Origin: Octopus sinensis
Taxonomy: Eukaryota
Assembly (NCBI RefSeq): GCF_006345805.1
Contig: NC_043002.1
Coordinates: forward strand, 27,404,001-27,468,000
DNA: 64,000 nt
Direction: 5' to 3'
In this document: piece after piece, positions 40,956 through 53,878 of the stretch
How the letters are laid out: each line of letters opens with the position of its first letter
How positions within the stretch are numbered: the first letter of the stretch is position 1
Program-made: the position numbers and the translations under genes
The notes under the pieces: model-generated
What the model was told of the DNA's origin: nothing
Seen by the model: only the letters and a program-made list of their open reading frames with translations
Databases searched by the model: none

Positions 40956-43064
40956 AGGAAAGAAAGAAAGAAAGAAAGAAAAAGTGTGTGCGTGTACGTA
41001 TGTGGGGAAGATGGATATGCGGAAGAAATAGGTGCACATGTAGTCATCAAAGCAAATTTGCACGGCAACACGTCTACACCACGTTGTCTCATACCATAAC
41101 TATTCATCAATTGAACATTTGCACCAGTAAATTCACTGTCATTTGATATCTCTGGGGACCGAATGAGACTGATAGACAACAAATGGTTTTAATGATATAT
41201 AGACATAATCTACTGTCGTGTTTCCACCTCGATTATTTCACTCATATGGCATCGATCAATATGATTCAAGATACTGGCACTTCGTTCTGTGGTTGTGCAA
41301 TGTGCCAAAGCTATCTTCTAAACCACACGATAAGGAACATATGTAGATATCATGTTTAATATATGGTGATAAATGTCAGTGTCTCTTTAATTTATTTCTA
41401 TTTCTTTATCTCTTGGTTCTCAACGACATGCCAGATGAGTCTGGCATGTCGTTAAAAACGTTCCACCAGTGAGTGTCACGATTTAGTTATATCTAGAACT
41501 GTAATTTTAAATGCGTCCTCTCTGATGATGGTAAAGTATAATGCGAGGGAATTTGGTTGTAATTCTTGTAGTTATAGCAAATATGTAAGGTGGAACATAA
41601 TCTTGAAGCTGTAGTGGTGGGTCAACGAGCAAGTATAGTAAAATGCAGTAAAAACAGAAAACATTTAGAGAATACAATAAAAGCTTAAAAGCGTTCAAGC
41701 CACCTGAACTATTGGTATGGACTCAACTTAATATCGTACCCTTAGATGCGCTGTTTCCTCCATCTATTTCTACCACTCATATAATTATATCCCCCACCGG
41801 AGGTACCAAGTTGCGTAGGACGCCCTCGACATTTCATTCGATATAATTTACCTGCCTCTTATCACCCGTTTTGTCATTCTCTCCTCAGGCCCCATACTTA
41901 TATAATTCTCACATTTCTCTTTGCAGAGCATCAGCCAATAGGCAGTTTGATCTCCGTCACATGGTTGTCCACGGACACACACTCACACACAGCGACCTTT
42001 TTCTGTTGGTCTGATATGGAAGAATGTCCTGTGTCTATAGCATTTGTAAGCCCTCCGAATGTTTGTAAAATTCATTGCCGTTGGTGTTTCTTCTTTTGCC
42101 GCTAATAGTACAAACCAATGAAGTCATTAACAAACTATAAAAAATATCTGCACTGTATTTCTTCAGTGAATAAGAAGTGGAAAATACAAACGAAAGTACA
42201 ACTGAAATTGTGGCTCTGATTGAAAAGGACGACATGGAGAAAATCTCAAAGAACCAGAAGTTGAATTAAACAAATTCTTATTGTAGCATTTTAAAAGTGA
42301 AAATATTTGTAAATACGTTTCGAGGACGCAATACCAACAATTGTTTTAAATCCTGGAATGGTTGTTTGGAATGACTTTGATTGTGAAGCTCCTCTATCAA
42401 AAAGGAGTGGGAAGAAACAACACTGCCTCTAATCAACGAGAGAGTTGTTAGAGATAGCAATCAAATATTCACATTCTACCATCTTTTAAAATAATAATGG
42501 CATGCGCCTATCGCTTCAAACAATGACAAATGAGATGATAATAATCCTAATTAGGATTATGAAGTGGTTTTTCTCGCCAGCTGTCCATGGGATAAAGGAA
42601 AGGCAAAAGAAAAAAATATCTAAGAGTTACAACGGAGTCTAAAGCATACAAAGAGAATAAGGAATGTTAGACTCAGGGCGAATTATGGTGGTCCTCTCCT
42701 ATTGTTAGATTTGATGGATGGTACTGCGTGCATATGTCTGTGTGTAAGAGACTGTCTCAGTTTGTGTATGTGTGTGTATGGGTTTGTATATGTTTTTATA
42801 TGTGTATGTGTTCATGTACACTTCTTTGGCTCCTGTAGTTTGGTGCAGTGGGATGTATGCTTCTGTGTTTTTCTTTGGATATCTGTGTGCGTCTGTGTAT
42901 AGTTGCATATGAGAGTATGTTATATATACAGAATTTTGTAGGAATACGCGTGCTTAAATTTGTTTGTGTCCATCTCAGTCATTACATATTTGTTATTTTG
43001 TATGCATGCCTATTGTGTGTACTATATAAGTACATGTATGTGTACTGTGACTAGATATATATAT

Positions 43065-43101
<37 letters not shown>

Positions 43102-43377
43102 GCATATGTGTGTATTTGTGTGTGTGAGAGATTGTGTGTGTGTGTGTGTGTATGTGTCTGTATCTGTGTGTGTGTGTGTGTGTCTTCCTTCTCTTACGGG
43201 GGCTGACTATGCTGCTCCTGATTTCTGTCGACATATGAACGCTTCATCCAAACATAAAATTTGTATTATTTAATATTTTGGGCTGAAGAATTTCGAATAT
43301 GAAATTATTTACGTGTCTCCCTGACATGGAAAAGCTTGTAATTCGTAATAGCAAATGAAACACCTTAAATAGATAGG

Positions 43378-43410
<33 letters not shown>

Positions 43411-43509
43411 CGATAGATTGATAGATAGAAAAATACATACATACATACATACATAGCATTCATACACGCATGTGAGCATACATTCAAATATATATATATA
43501 TATATATAG

Positions 43510-43606
43510 TGAGAATTTACAAAAAAGACGAAGACAGGTATGTAAGCAGCAGATATATTAGTTTAACGCTCGGGAAGTGAGAAAGTCTTTTTCGTTTCGA
43601 GCCTAC
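43510..43606 (-). mobile_element. Truncated family B repeat
   Basis: AAGACGAAGACAGG..TATTAGTTTAACGCTC.GGAAGTGAGAAAGTCTTTT.CGTTTCGAGCCTACG matches 33595-33680 and 50420-50515. Confidence 0.8.
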
Positions 43607-43670
43607 GACGCATATGCACATACATACATGTATGTATGTAATGTATTATGTCTGTATGTATATGCATGTG

Positions 43671-43731
<61 letters not shown>

Positions 43732-44433
43732 TCTTCATTTACCATTATGGGAAAATAGCATTTCTATTCCATAGCAGTTTAATGACATCAACAATAAACA
43801 CTCAATAATGCAAATTCACCCACTTCGATATTAAAGATTATTACCCCTCAATTACAAATCCTTGCTACAAAGAGCATTAACTTTAGCAAGCAATCGCATT
43901 TCCATTAGTGAATCCGATATTAAAATCATTATGCATGCACGAAAATCCCTATTATCTGTTGATAACAACCTGTTGGCAAACGAAACTGGTATTTATTCTT
44001 TTGAAGTGTAACGTTGTTTTAAAAGGCTCGATAGAATTTTCGAATTAATTTGTCTTTATATTTTACACTATATTCATATTGAATTTTTTTCACCTTATAA
44101 TACGTTGGCTTATACCACGCTGATGGCTATTTAATCCAACATAACGTGAATAACCATAAATGCAGATAAGTTTGAAAAATCTCATTAAATCATTTAAAGA
44201 CTTAAACTTCAAACTTGTACTTTACACTACCCTTAGAATAATTATTTCCTTCTTGGCATTATTTTAAGCACTGAAGATCTAATGCTACCCATGTGGAAAA
44301 AGATTTATTTCACACTATACGTATCTACAGAAATTCAAACTTCTCTTTTTTCCTAAAATATACATTAAAAATGCTTGTCTATGAGTGTTACACACCTCCC
44401 AGAAAGAACCTTATTTCAATAATTTATATACAT

Positions 44434-44609
44434 AGGCGTAGGAGTGGCTGTGTAGTATGTAGCTTGCTTACGAACTACATGGTTCCTGGTTCAGTCCCAC
44501 TGCGTGGCACCTTGGGCAAGTGTCTTCTACTATAGACTCGGGCCGACCAAAACCCTGTGAGTGGATTTGGTAGACGGAAACTGAAAGAAGCCCGTCGTAT
44601 ATATGTATG

Positions 44610-44670
<61 letters not shown>

Positions 44671-44885
44671 GTGCATATGTTTGTGTATCCGTGTTTGCCA
44701 CTCCCACATCGCTTGACAACCGATGCTGGTGTGTTTACGTCTCTGTAACTTAGCGGTTCAGCAAAAGATACCGATATAATAAGTACTAGACTTACAAAGA
44801 ATAAGTCCTGGAGTCGATTTGCTCGACTAAAGGTGGTGCTCTAGCATGGCCACAGTCAAATGACTGAAAGAAATAAAAGAGAAAA
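44434..44885 (+). mobile_element. Full-length tRNA-derived SINE with internal (TA)/(TG) tract
   Basis: Collinear reverse complement of 11652-12048. Further fragments lie at about 9880-9990, 36285-36390, 53290-53520 and 56290-56420. Confidence 0.85.
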
Positions 44886-45032
44886 AAAAGAGAGATACAA
44901 TCTAGCCACTTAATTTAATGAACCTTTATCGTTGATTTACTTTACGGATAAGTCTAATACAGCAAGAATAGTTAATAACATTATTACATAGAAAACAATA
45001 TCCGCACATCATACACACATACACACACATAC

Positions 45033-45073
<41 letters not shown>

Positions 45074-45080
<7 letters not shown>

Positions 45081-45411
45081 TGAAATAGAAAGATGAATAA
45101 TCTTGTTGCAGATTAATCAAAAGTTTAACCGATACCTTGGTAGCAAAAATCACAGCAGAAGACAGCAAGGTTGGAGGTACAACCATATGGTGTTGCAACC
45201 ATGCGTTGGTGCGGATAATTGAATTTTAATATTATTAGTGAATTGAAGAAATGGAGTTGAACGAAGATTGAACAGAAATCGTTTTATTGCATTCTACACG
45301 TGTTTCGAAAGCCACAATTTACCAAATTCCGATTGAATAAGGAGACCATATTGTGTCTTTCTCTTCAGGAAGAAATAGGAAATCCGTTGGAAAAAACAAA
45401 AACATAACAGA
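45074..45411 (-). repeat. 3' pLTR of PLE-3
   Basis: Direct repeat of 48394-48731. I count about 3 substitutions by eye. Confidence 0.95.
45292..45372 (-). ncRNA. Type I hammerhead ribozyme motif with extended stem II (PLE-3, 3' pLTR)
   Basis: TTC-CTGAAGA-GAAAGACACAAT..ATTGTGGCTTTC-GAA-ACACGTGT-A-GAA: canonical core, 11 of 12 bp stem II, palindromic stem III and GUA site. Confidence 0.82.
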
Positions 45412-45967
45412 GGCGGAGCAAAACAAATCGAACGAGGCTCTTAAGAGCCCATGGCCAAACTGTTTATCAATGTATGTTGAAATCGGGTGGTGGGTGCGTT
45501 GAAGATTTTAACAGGTCAGGCAGCGGTCATTCCGGTGGGTGAGAGCACGGGGTGCGTAGATGTTCTTTGTGACCGAGACTAAAGTTCTGACTATTTAAAG
45601 AATATTAGGTGTATTATATGGGGCGAGCCAAATTCTACTTAGAAACATGTGTGTGTGTACTGTTCTATATGTGCGCGGCGGCAAGTTGGTAAGAAGCGCT
45701 ACACATTGGTCACTGCTGAGAAATCCGTCAGGGGGTAGAAAACATTTTTTATGTGTTCGTACGTGCGTTTAATCGCCCGGCCGTCACTTGGTAAACAGCC
45801 CTACACAATGGTCACTGCTGAAAAATCCGTCAGGCGGCAGAAAAATATTTTATGTGTGCGTGTGTTCGTCTAATCATGCCTTGTCAAAGAAACCCCCCGT
45901 CGTCAAAACAAAACACCATTCGTCACCTGGGAGTAGTGTAACCGGGTGCAGGTATTATTTATAAGCG

Positions 45968-48358
45968 TTATTTATAAGCAAGATAAGTATAACGCCGCCA
46001 ATGGGGGCATCGAAAAGCCGACTGTAAAAGTCCGTTTACCATCCGGTCTCTGGCGAACAATATATGGAAGAGCTCGGAGATACAAAGGTTGCACTTCCTT
46101 CTGCCCCTCTCAAATGGGAGGGCCACCGACAAAATTGACCATTCCAGCCTGTAGCTTGAGTTCGTATTCTTCAATCGCCATATTAGCTTGCTAAGTCCCG
46201 TGGTCTGGCATTTATTCACGTCTCGAAAAGTTGCGTAATGGTTGGAGATTCGTAAGGCCAATTTTGACGATGAGGCCCCGACATATGAGTAGACATCTGA
46301 GTCCGTGTAAACCTTGCATTGGTAGACGGCGTTTCTGATCTTGGAGTTCACCGACGTGTACCTTATTCTATTAGGATTAGTTTCTGAAATTAGAACTGCG
46401 TTACTGTTACTATATGAGCGTTAAACCGGGAGTGGAAGAAGCTGTGCCTCCGGAAAAAGGTGATAGGGTCTTAGTAAGCAGCCTATTATTATGGGAGGCG
46501 ATTATCTGGGCGAGGTTTTTAGTGTTGGAGAAAGCTATCCTAACTTTATGCGAGTTAACCGTGGAGTAATATTTGGAATTTCTGGGGAAGTTATTGGCGA
46601 TGGCTTGTCGAAACATGAGGGGGAGGTTAGTTCTAATCTGCTTCCCAAAGGGAATTACAAACCATATATGCTTATTCTTATTTATGTGATGGGTCTGGAC
46701 GCCAGCTCGCGCATTCGGGTGGTTGATTCTCGTATGAATAACGGGTTTTGGGTTAGTGTGAGCTCCCCCGGGCCGATAATTATCCTTGTGCGCTAAATTA
46801 AATGCGGGAGCGACTGCCCCAGCACCCGCCGCGCTCCCGTCACTACTTAAATTATTTATGTTATTATAGACGGCCCTATCCTGATGACCGAATTATGGCA
46901 TCGGAAGGGCCGGATCAATATAAATTACCTTCTGCCTATAACCGGCCTTGGATAGTGCGGCGTTATAAAATTCCGCTTTCTGCATAAAAATATCGGCACT
47001 AGCGGACAAGCTAGACAATCTTAGAGAGATGTTTTTAACCAAATTGTCTGTAACGGTTTTGGCATGATTGGAGAAGACACTGACATACTTCAAATTAGTG
47101 GAAGGCTTATGGTAAGGGTAGTATGAGTCGCTATTAAGGTTAAGTGTGAGGTCTAGGAAATTAGCCTTGGTGAGTTCATTATCAAAAACTATATTCATGC
47201 CCATTCTATTAACAAACCTAGCTAACCTACTCTTAGTTTTCTGCACTATTCTGTTCGTGGTGTTTTGCAGGTAAAACAGACAATCGTCACGATACAGGCC
47301 GCCCGCGATCTCCGGGAATTGGTCGGACAATTCGTAGAGAATATAGATTCCGACCAAATCGGCTATCTGCGCACTATCCGAACTACCCATAGGCACATCA
47401 AATTCATTGGGAGTATCTTTACGGATCCACAACTTATTATCAAACTTAATAAACGATTTCCTGGCAACTAAAATTATATCTATTTCTTCTCTGGTGAGGC
47501 CTGCCTTGTTGTGAGCATGCCAAAGGGCCTTATTTAGTACACTAGGGTTAATCGAGGGGTAGAAGCTAGCGATATCAAACTGAATGAACCTAGTACGGTT
47601 CTTATTGGGGATGGAAGAGAACCACTTCACTACCTGCAGGGGTTGGCCCAGAGGCTGAGCTTCAGCTTGTTTACTAAACTAGGGATATATTTATCTAAAA
47701 TGTACTTACTGATTATCCCGATATCAGAGCTAGCAGGGCATATGAGTCTTAGCGCTGGGTTGGTGTAGAAGTTCGGTTTATGGTCCATCACTATAAATCT
47801 AGGTTGCTTAGGGCTAAGCGGCTGCGTTCTCATTTGAATTCCGTGTTTAAACATTATTTCCTTACTTTCCAAGTTTACCTTCCTCAGGCTACTCCAATTG
47901 GTTGTTCTATAATTTTTCTTGATCTCTTTACCGAGTAAATCTAGGTACTGTTTAATGGGTAGCTTGTATGTGTTCCTGGTCTTGTCGGACTGGACCAGGA
48001 CTCCGTCCGTTCTATTAATGTCCTGGGTAATTTTATCTAGGTATCTGAGGTGGGCATTTCTCCTGGGTGACTTCCTGAACTTAATCTTTCTAACGATGTC
48101 CCACAAGTCGTCCTCAAACTTCTTCAGTCTTGGGTTAGGTGGCGGCGTATCCAATGTTTTAAAAAGCCGGCCATATTCGGACGATGCTGTTGTCCGGTTC
48201 GATTTTAGATCTTCGTTCTCGTGGAAGAAAACAAGCCATCTTATCCGGTTTATGAATGCGTTGGTTTTACAAACCAACTCCTTAAGGAAGGCGTCCTTCG
48301 GTGATATAGGAATATCCTTAAGGGACGCATCAATCTCGAACAACTCCATTATTGGCAT
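45968..48358 (-). pseudogene. PLE RT plus C-terminal GIY-YIG endonuclease (~795 codons) with 2 frameshifts and 1 in-frame TAA
   Basis: SLKDIPI..KTNAFINRIRW; DKTRN; RLICPASSDIGIISK; FIQFDIASFYPSI; FDVPMGSSDSAQIADLVG; GLYRDD; NFLDLTLNL; YPYHKP; AVYQCKV..YVGAS..RISNH..WRLK..CNLCISE..RCPH. Lesions: a missing C at about 47640 (CCCC run), TAA at 46893-46895 with the frame continuing open, and a frameshift at about 46420. Confidence 0.93.
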
Positions 48359-48393
48359 CGGTTAAAGTAGCAGTTTCTTGACGAAGCGGTATG

Positions 48394-48731
48394 TATTTTG
48401 TGAAATAGAAAGATGAATAATCTTGTTGCAGATTAATCAAAAGTTTAACCGATACCTTGGTAGCAAAAATCACAGCAGAAGACAGCACGGTTGGGGGTAC
48501 AACCATATGGTGTTGCAACCATGCGTTGGTGCGGATAATTGAATTTTAATATTATTAGTGAATTGAAGAAATGGAGTTGAACGAAGATTGAACAGAAATC
48601 GTTTTATTGCATTCTACACGTGTTTCGAAAGCCACAATTTACCAAATTCCGATTGAATAAGGAGACCATATTGTGTCTTTCTCTTCAGGAAGAAATAGGA
48701 AATCCGTTGGAAAAAACAAAAACAGAACAGA
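48394..48731 (-). repeat. 5' pLTR of PLE-3
   Basis: Direct repeat of 45074-45411, ending 36 nt upstream of the first ATG of the ORF. Confidence 0.95.
48612..48692 (-). ncRNA. Type I hammerhead ribozyme motif (PLE-3, 5' pLTR)
   Basis: Identical to 45292-45372. Confidence 0.82.
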
Positions 48732-48789
48732 AATGGAGTTGAACGAAGATTATATATATATATAGATTATATATATATATATATATATA

Positions 48790-49632
48790 CGAGGTCTGAT
48801 CAATATATATTCGGGCTGTTGCCATGCAAATGTCGCTAAAGCACGCAGAGTTTTGTCGCTTGGCAAAGATTGATCTTCAACTCAGTTATGCGTGCACAGT
48901 ATGTTTTAATATTCTAGAGCACATCCGCTGCTTACAGTAGTGCTTGGAAGGAAGGTGTGTAGCGTGTGATCGTCGCATTGACCATGACAGAAGCCAAGTG
49001 AAAGTTGCAGAAAGTGTATCGAAAGGACTATAAGAGTCACACACAAGTTCAGTGATTCAGAAGTTTCTAATATGGCCGAGAAAATGTCGATATTAACGAA
49101 AGTACTGGATTGAGAAAAACATCGCAGATGTGCGTGCAGCTCTGAGAAGAAATCGTTGAATCACCATCCGTGAGTTATCAGAGGATGCTGATAAGTTACA
49201 ATTCAGTTCAATCTAATATCACTGCGTATGAGTTTTGCGTATGATTCGCGTGTCTTCCAAGTTTGTGCCAAAACTGCTTTTAGTTTATCAATGAGACACT
49301 GGGGTTTCAGTTGCACAAGATCTTCTTGATTGTATCGAGAACAATGAAAACTTCTTGAAAACTTTGCGTAGGCCTCTGAGCAGGTACCGGCAAGCTTTTG
49401 GCAAAATTTGATGCAGATTCTCTGCAAAACTATTGCTGTCGTGGTTAATGCGACGATCACACGCTACATGCCTTTCGTCCAAGCGCTTCTGTAAACAGCA
49501 GAAGTGAGCTACAACAATAAAACTGTGCATCCACAGCAGAACTCAAGATGGATCTGTGCCTAGCTTCTTCACTTTGCGTGTTTGAGCTTCGTTACTATGG
49601 CAACAGTCCGGATATTTATTGATCAGACTACG
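48790..49632 (+). mobile_element. ~840-bp non-autonomous mariner derivative with TA TSD
   Basis: TA-CGAGGTCTGATCAATA ... TATTGATCAGACTACG-TA. It is homologous to 26648-27447, and the minus strand encodes QRICIKFCQKL..CSEAYAK. Confidence 0.88.
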
Positions 49633-49949
49633 TATATGTACACACACACACTAACACACATACACACACACACATGTATATCTATATATATATAAAATCG
49701 TTTTTTAGAAAAACATAAGCCGGTAATAAGGTTTTCTCGCCATAAAGGATACCCTTATGTCGTATCTTCAGACCTAAGACCTCTTGGCCTATGAAGTCAG
49801 TAAAATATTGAGGGTGAAACGGTGCGGATGTAAATAAGGGTATTATCTCCCTTCGCTACTGGCTATCGGCCTCCGGCCGATTCGACATCTTTCAGCTATG
49901 AGGGTAAACAATAGAAGGTTATCACTATCTCCCATCAGCAATCAACTTC

Positions 49950-50290
49950 AGGCTATGTTGTTATTTTCGCTGTTACCACTTTTATGCCGTCCATAGAACG
50001 GTCCCTGGTACGTGCAAGTTTTTCCGGATTTCTGTGCGTTCGGCTATGCAAAGCTTGAAGCGTTTCGTTCTCTTGATGTAAGGACCCAGGCACTCGAGGA
50101 TTTTCCATGAGACCGGAAGTGGAATTCCAACTTTCTTTAGTTGCCATACGTGGCTGGCCAGCGATGTTACATACTTCTTTTCCGGTACCCTGCACAAGGA
50201 TCTACGGTTGGTAACACGTTCCTTAAAGGAATTTCGCGTACAACCAATGTATTTACTTGGACGCTTGATGTCTGTGTCGTGCCTATTACT
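49950..50290 (-). pseudogene. Naiad-type GIY-YIG endonuclease fragment
   Basis: KYIGCTRNSFKERVTN..TSLASHVWQLKK..SWKILECLGPY..KLCIAERTEI. Confidence 0.8.
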
Positions 50291-50394
50291 GTTGCTACTA
50301 CTGCTGGTGTTGCTGCCAGTGCTGCTGGAGGTAGTGTTACTGCCCCTGCGTGTGTACCGGCCCTCACCAGTAATATATATATATATATATATAA

Positions 50395-50576
50395 ATAAGG
50401 AGAGTTTACGAAAAAAAACAACAAAAGACGAAGACAGGTGATGTACAAAACAAACAGATGTATTAGTATAACCCTCAGGAATAGAAAAAAATCTTTTAGG
50501 TTTCGAGCCTACGCTCTTCTGCAGAAAGGGACACAGAAGAAACAAGGAGAGAAAAAAATGTGTGTAGTGGCTGACG

Positions 50577-50580
<4 letters not shown>
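50395..50580 (-). mobile_element. Family B repeat with hammerhead-like motif (50493-50529)
   Basis: CTTT-CTGCAGA-A-GAGC GTAG GCTC-GAAA-CCT-A-AAAG. Stems I and II are intact, but A6 of the core is substituted. Confidence 0.7.
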
Positions 50581-50611
<31 letters not shown>

Positions 50612-50637
50612 TCTATCTATCTATCTATCTATCTATC

Positions 50638-50668
<31 letters not shown>

Positions 50669-51360
50669 TATATATACACACATATAAATTGTGGTTTTTT
50701 TACTGTGCGTTGTTATGAAAAATTGCTTGTAGCGAAAGAATGTGCTTCAGATCGCTATCCGTTAACGTACAGTCTGATTGGTGAAAGCGTATGTGTTATG
50801 GTCATATGACAGCTGCACATGAAGAGCTCGAAAAGGCTTTTCTCCACTGAATAAGTCATATGACACTTAGAAAAGAGTGATATAAATACGTGATATTTGT
50901 TTTAATGTCTTTTCTCACTCATTTCATGGAGCGAGTAATAAATATTGAAAATTGTCTTTAATAAACAAAATAAATGTTTACATAGAAGTGTTATTGATTG
51001 TTATTGTTTATTGTTCTGTGGAAGAAAATATCTAATTAACTATTTATTTTAAACGTAATATCACATAACGTAATAAATGTAATATAGAACAATATCATAA
51101 AGTTACGTAACAATATGATATTAATAATAATGTTATCAATTAGTGCAGGTTCACTCCCATACCCATTGATCATGTTAAACATATCCCCTCTTTATTAGCA
51201 CAATTTGTGACGTAGTTCATTCCATATAACACATACATTTGAAAAATCAAATATGAGATCAGTGGTGTATATATTTTAATATCTAAATTAACTCTAATAT
51301 ATTCTGTATGCATATTCAACGTCATTTCTTTTCTACTACCACTTGTTTGGATTAATAGAG

Positions 51361-51443
<83 letters not shown>

Positions 51444-53150
51444 CAAAACACATGAAATCCTCAAATATGATATGGTTATTGCTAGAAAACCTCTAAATGT
51501 ATTTCTACAAACATGAAAAATACCGCAGAATTTTAATGGGTGAATTCAACAATTTTCCCACTTCACATAAGGTTGACTCTTGTGGTGTTGGTTAACATGG
51601 AACATTTTACAACAATACCTTTAACTTACGTGAATATTGTATTTCTGAAAAGCATATAACTTTACCGAATACAGAATTTTATTCAATTTGAATGGAATTC
51701 TAATTCTTTTATAGTCGCAAAGATTCACTTTATTAGAAAATGTAAAGACACCCGATAGGCCTCTTTAATTAATTATGTATTTTACACGATAAAAGTAACT
51801 AACAGAGATACTTCCGTATCCCGTGAATGGTTTTTCAATTGCGACAATATTTTTTAGTACGTTTTTGATAATGAAATTGAAGTGTTACATTCAATATTTA
51901 AAATTCTCACATGCATATATTTTCCACATTTATATATTATCCTGTTATTGCAGCCATTTTTGTATTCTCTTCATTATTTTCTGTCCTCTTGCTCTAAACC
52001 TTTCATTAATCTTCTGCTAGTAATTGTTATTTTTATAAACAAAGCGCTTATCTTTATAATGCTACATTATATACAATGAAGTATTTTCCTAACTCACATT
52101 TCTTCGTCTTTACTGGCTTTCTCGTTATCTTTCAATCGCATACGTCATTAATATGAAGGATGTCTTTAGCTTAAATAGATTTTTTTTTAAATGAAATCTT
52201 ACATTGTTCCTTTCCTCCTGACTCCCCTGCGATAATTATCTTTGACATTCTCTCATATTTTCGTTCAAGTCTTTTGTTCTTTCTTTGTAACCTCCAGCCA
52301 CCGTGTTTCTACATAAACCATTTTATCAAGGCATTTTAAACTGCTAATCAAATAATATGTATATATTTTAGATATTTTGTGAGTTTTAAACGTCACCTTG
52401 ATCATCTCACTACAACCGGAAGATCTGTATAGATAACAAGCAGTTATATTATTGAAGTTTTAACTACTATTGTAAGTATGCATTATGTATGTTTGAATAT
52501 ATCTGCAAAGGAATGTCTATGCGCACAAGCACAGATGCACATACACATATATACATATATACATACACACACATATGTATGTTATATTATATTATATAAT
52601 AATATATATAGACAGAGAGAGATAGATAGAGAGGACAGAGAGGAGATAGATAGTAGATAGATAGATAGATAGAAAGAGAGAGAGAGAGTGAGAGAGAAAG
52701 AAAGATACATACATACTGACATCGATAGATACATAACAACACAAACAACATGGCCAAGATTAAGAAGAAATTAAGAAACTAACAAACAAAATATAATAAA
52801 CGGTGTCAGACAACAGAGAGTACGTGACTGAAAATGTGTACAAATATAACGCAAAAACAGAAGTGTAAAATGAAGATAAATGCGTTGAAAAGAGAGACAG
52901 TAGCGAATCATAATGCAAAGTATGATTCACTTTATCCAAGCAAAGATAGGTGAGCAAAACAAAGACAAAAAATATATCATACCAAAATTTATGCCACCTG
53001 CTTAGACGGCGAGGTCACTTGATACACAACCGCACATACGTACAAACACATACACAAACATAAATACATATATAAATACATATAACATATACATATGTAT
53101 ATATATACGCACACACACATATATGATATAACATATATATATCTGTGTAT

Positions 53151-53228
<78 letters not shown>

Positions 53229-53544
53229 ATATACATATGTGTGTGTGTGTATGTATGTATATTTGTGTGTGTATATAGATATATATTATTCTTTTATTTC
53301 GTCCAGTCATCAGACTACAGCCATACTGGAGCAGCACGTTGTATTCAAGCAATCGACTCTACGATTTTTGCTTTTCCTTAAAGCCTGGTACTTTTTCTAT
53401 CAGTCTCTTTTTGCCGTAGCGCAAAACACACATAAACAGGACATAAGCACGACTTAAACACACCAACACCGGTTGTCGTGCGGTGAGGATAGGGCAAACA
53501 CAGACACAAAGACACATACCTGTAGAAATATATACGTATATATC

Positions 53545-53878
53545 CAACGTTTTTCACTTTACCGATTTGAACTAGGTGAGTCAATATATTTTGCTTGCTA
53601 ACACCAAACAACAACGATAATTTACGGGCACTTTGAGATGGATCTGACTCGACGGTGTCCTTCAGTTCGTCATTATCCACCTTTGTTTCTGGTCGACCGC
53701 GTTGGTCATCTGTGAGGTCAAAGTTACTAGAATGAAATTTTGCAAACCAATCTGATACTGTATGCTGTGTAATAACATTAGAATGAAATACTCCATTAAT
53801 ACTCCGAGCTAACTGTGATGCTGTATTTCCAAGAAAGAACTCATATTTCAAAACTACGAATTTCTGACTTATCTAAAC
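53545..53878 (-). pseudogene. Mariner transposase N-terminal (HTH) fragment
   Basis: LKYEFFLGNTASQLARSINGVF..TVSDWFAKFHSSNFDLTDDQRGRP..VDNDELK..VESDPSQSARKL..VSKQNILTHLVQIGKVK. Confidence 0.9.

Larger units (their letters stand above)
45074..48751 (-). mobile_element. Near full-length Naiad-type Penelope-like element (PLE-3) with direct pLTRs, inserted in (TA)n
   Basis: 338-bp direct repeats (45074-45411 and 48394-48731) bracket a 2.4-kb RT plus GIY-YIG frame and a ~560-bp 3' UTR. Each repeat holds a hammerhead, and both ends abut (TA)n. Confidence 0.92.

Noticed and set aside
42160-42280. Possible exon after a good acceptor (TTTCTTCAG)
   Set aside because: All frames stop within about 35 codons and show no recognisable domain.
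45968-48358. Selenocysteine recoding, as reported for some Naiad PLEs
   Set aside because: The only in-frame stop is TAA, not TGA, and the endonuclease cysteines use normal codons. No SECIS was recognisable by eye. The same holds for 3618-4386.
49720-49790. Hammerhead downstream of the Naiad fragment (CTGAAGA..GAAA on the minus strand)
   Set aside because: A long stem II is plausible, but stem III is not palindromic (AACCTT) and stem I is out of register. It is too degenerate to call.
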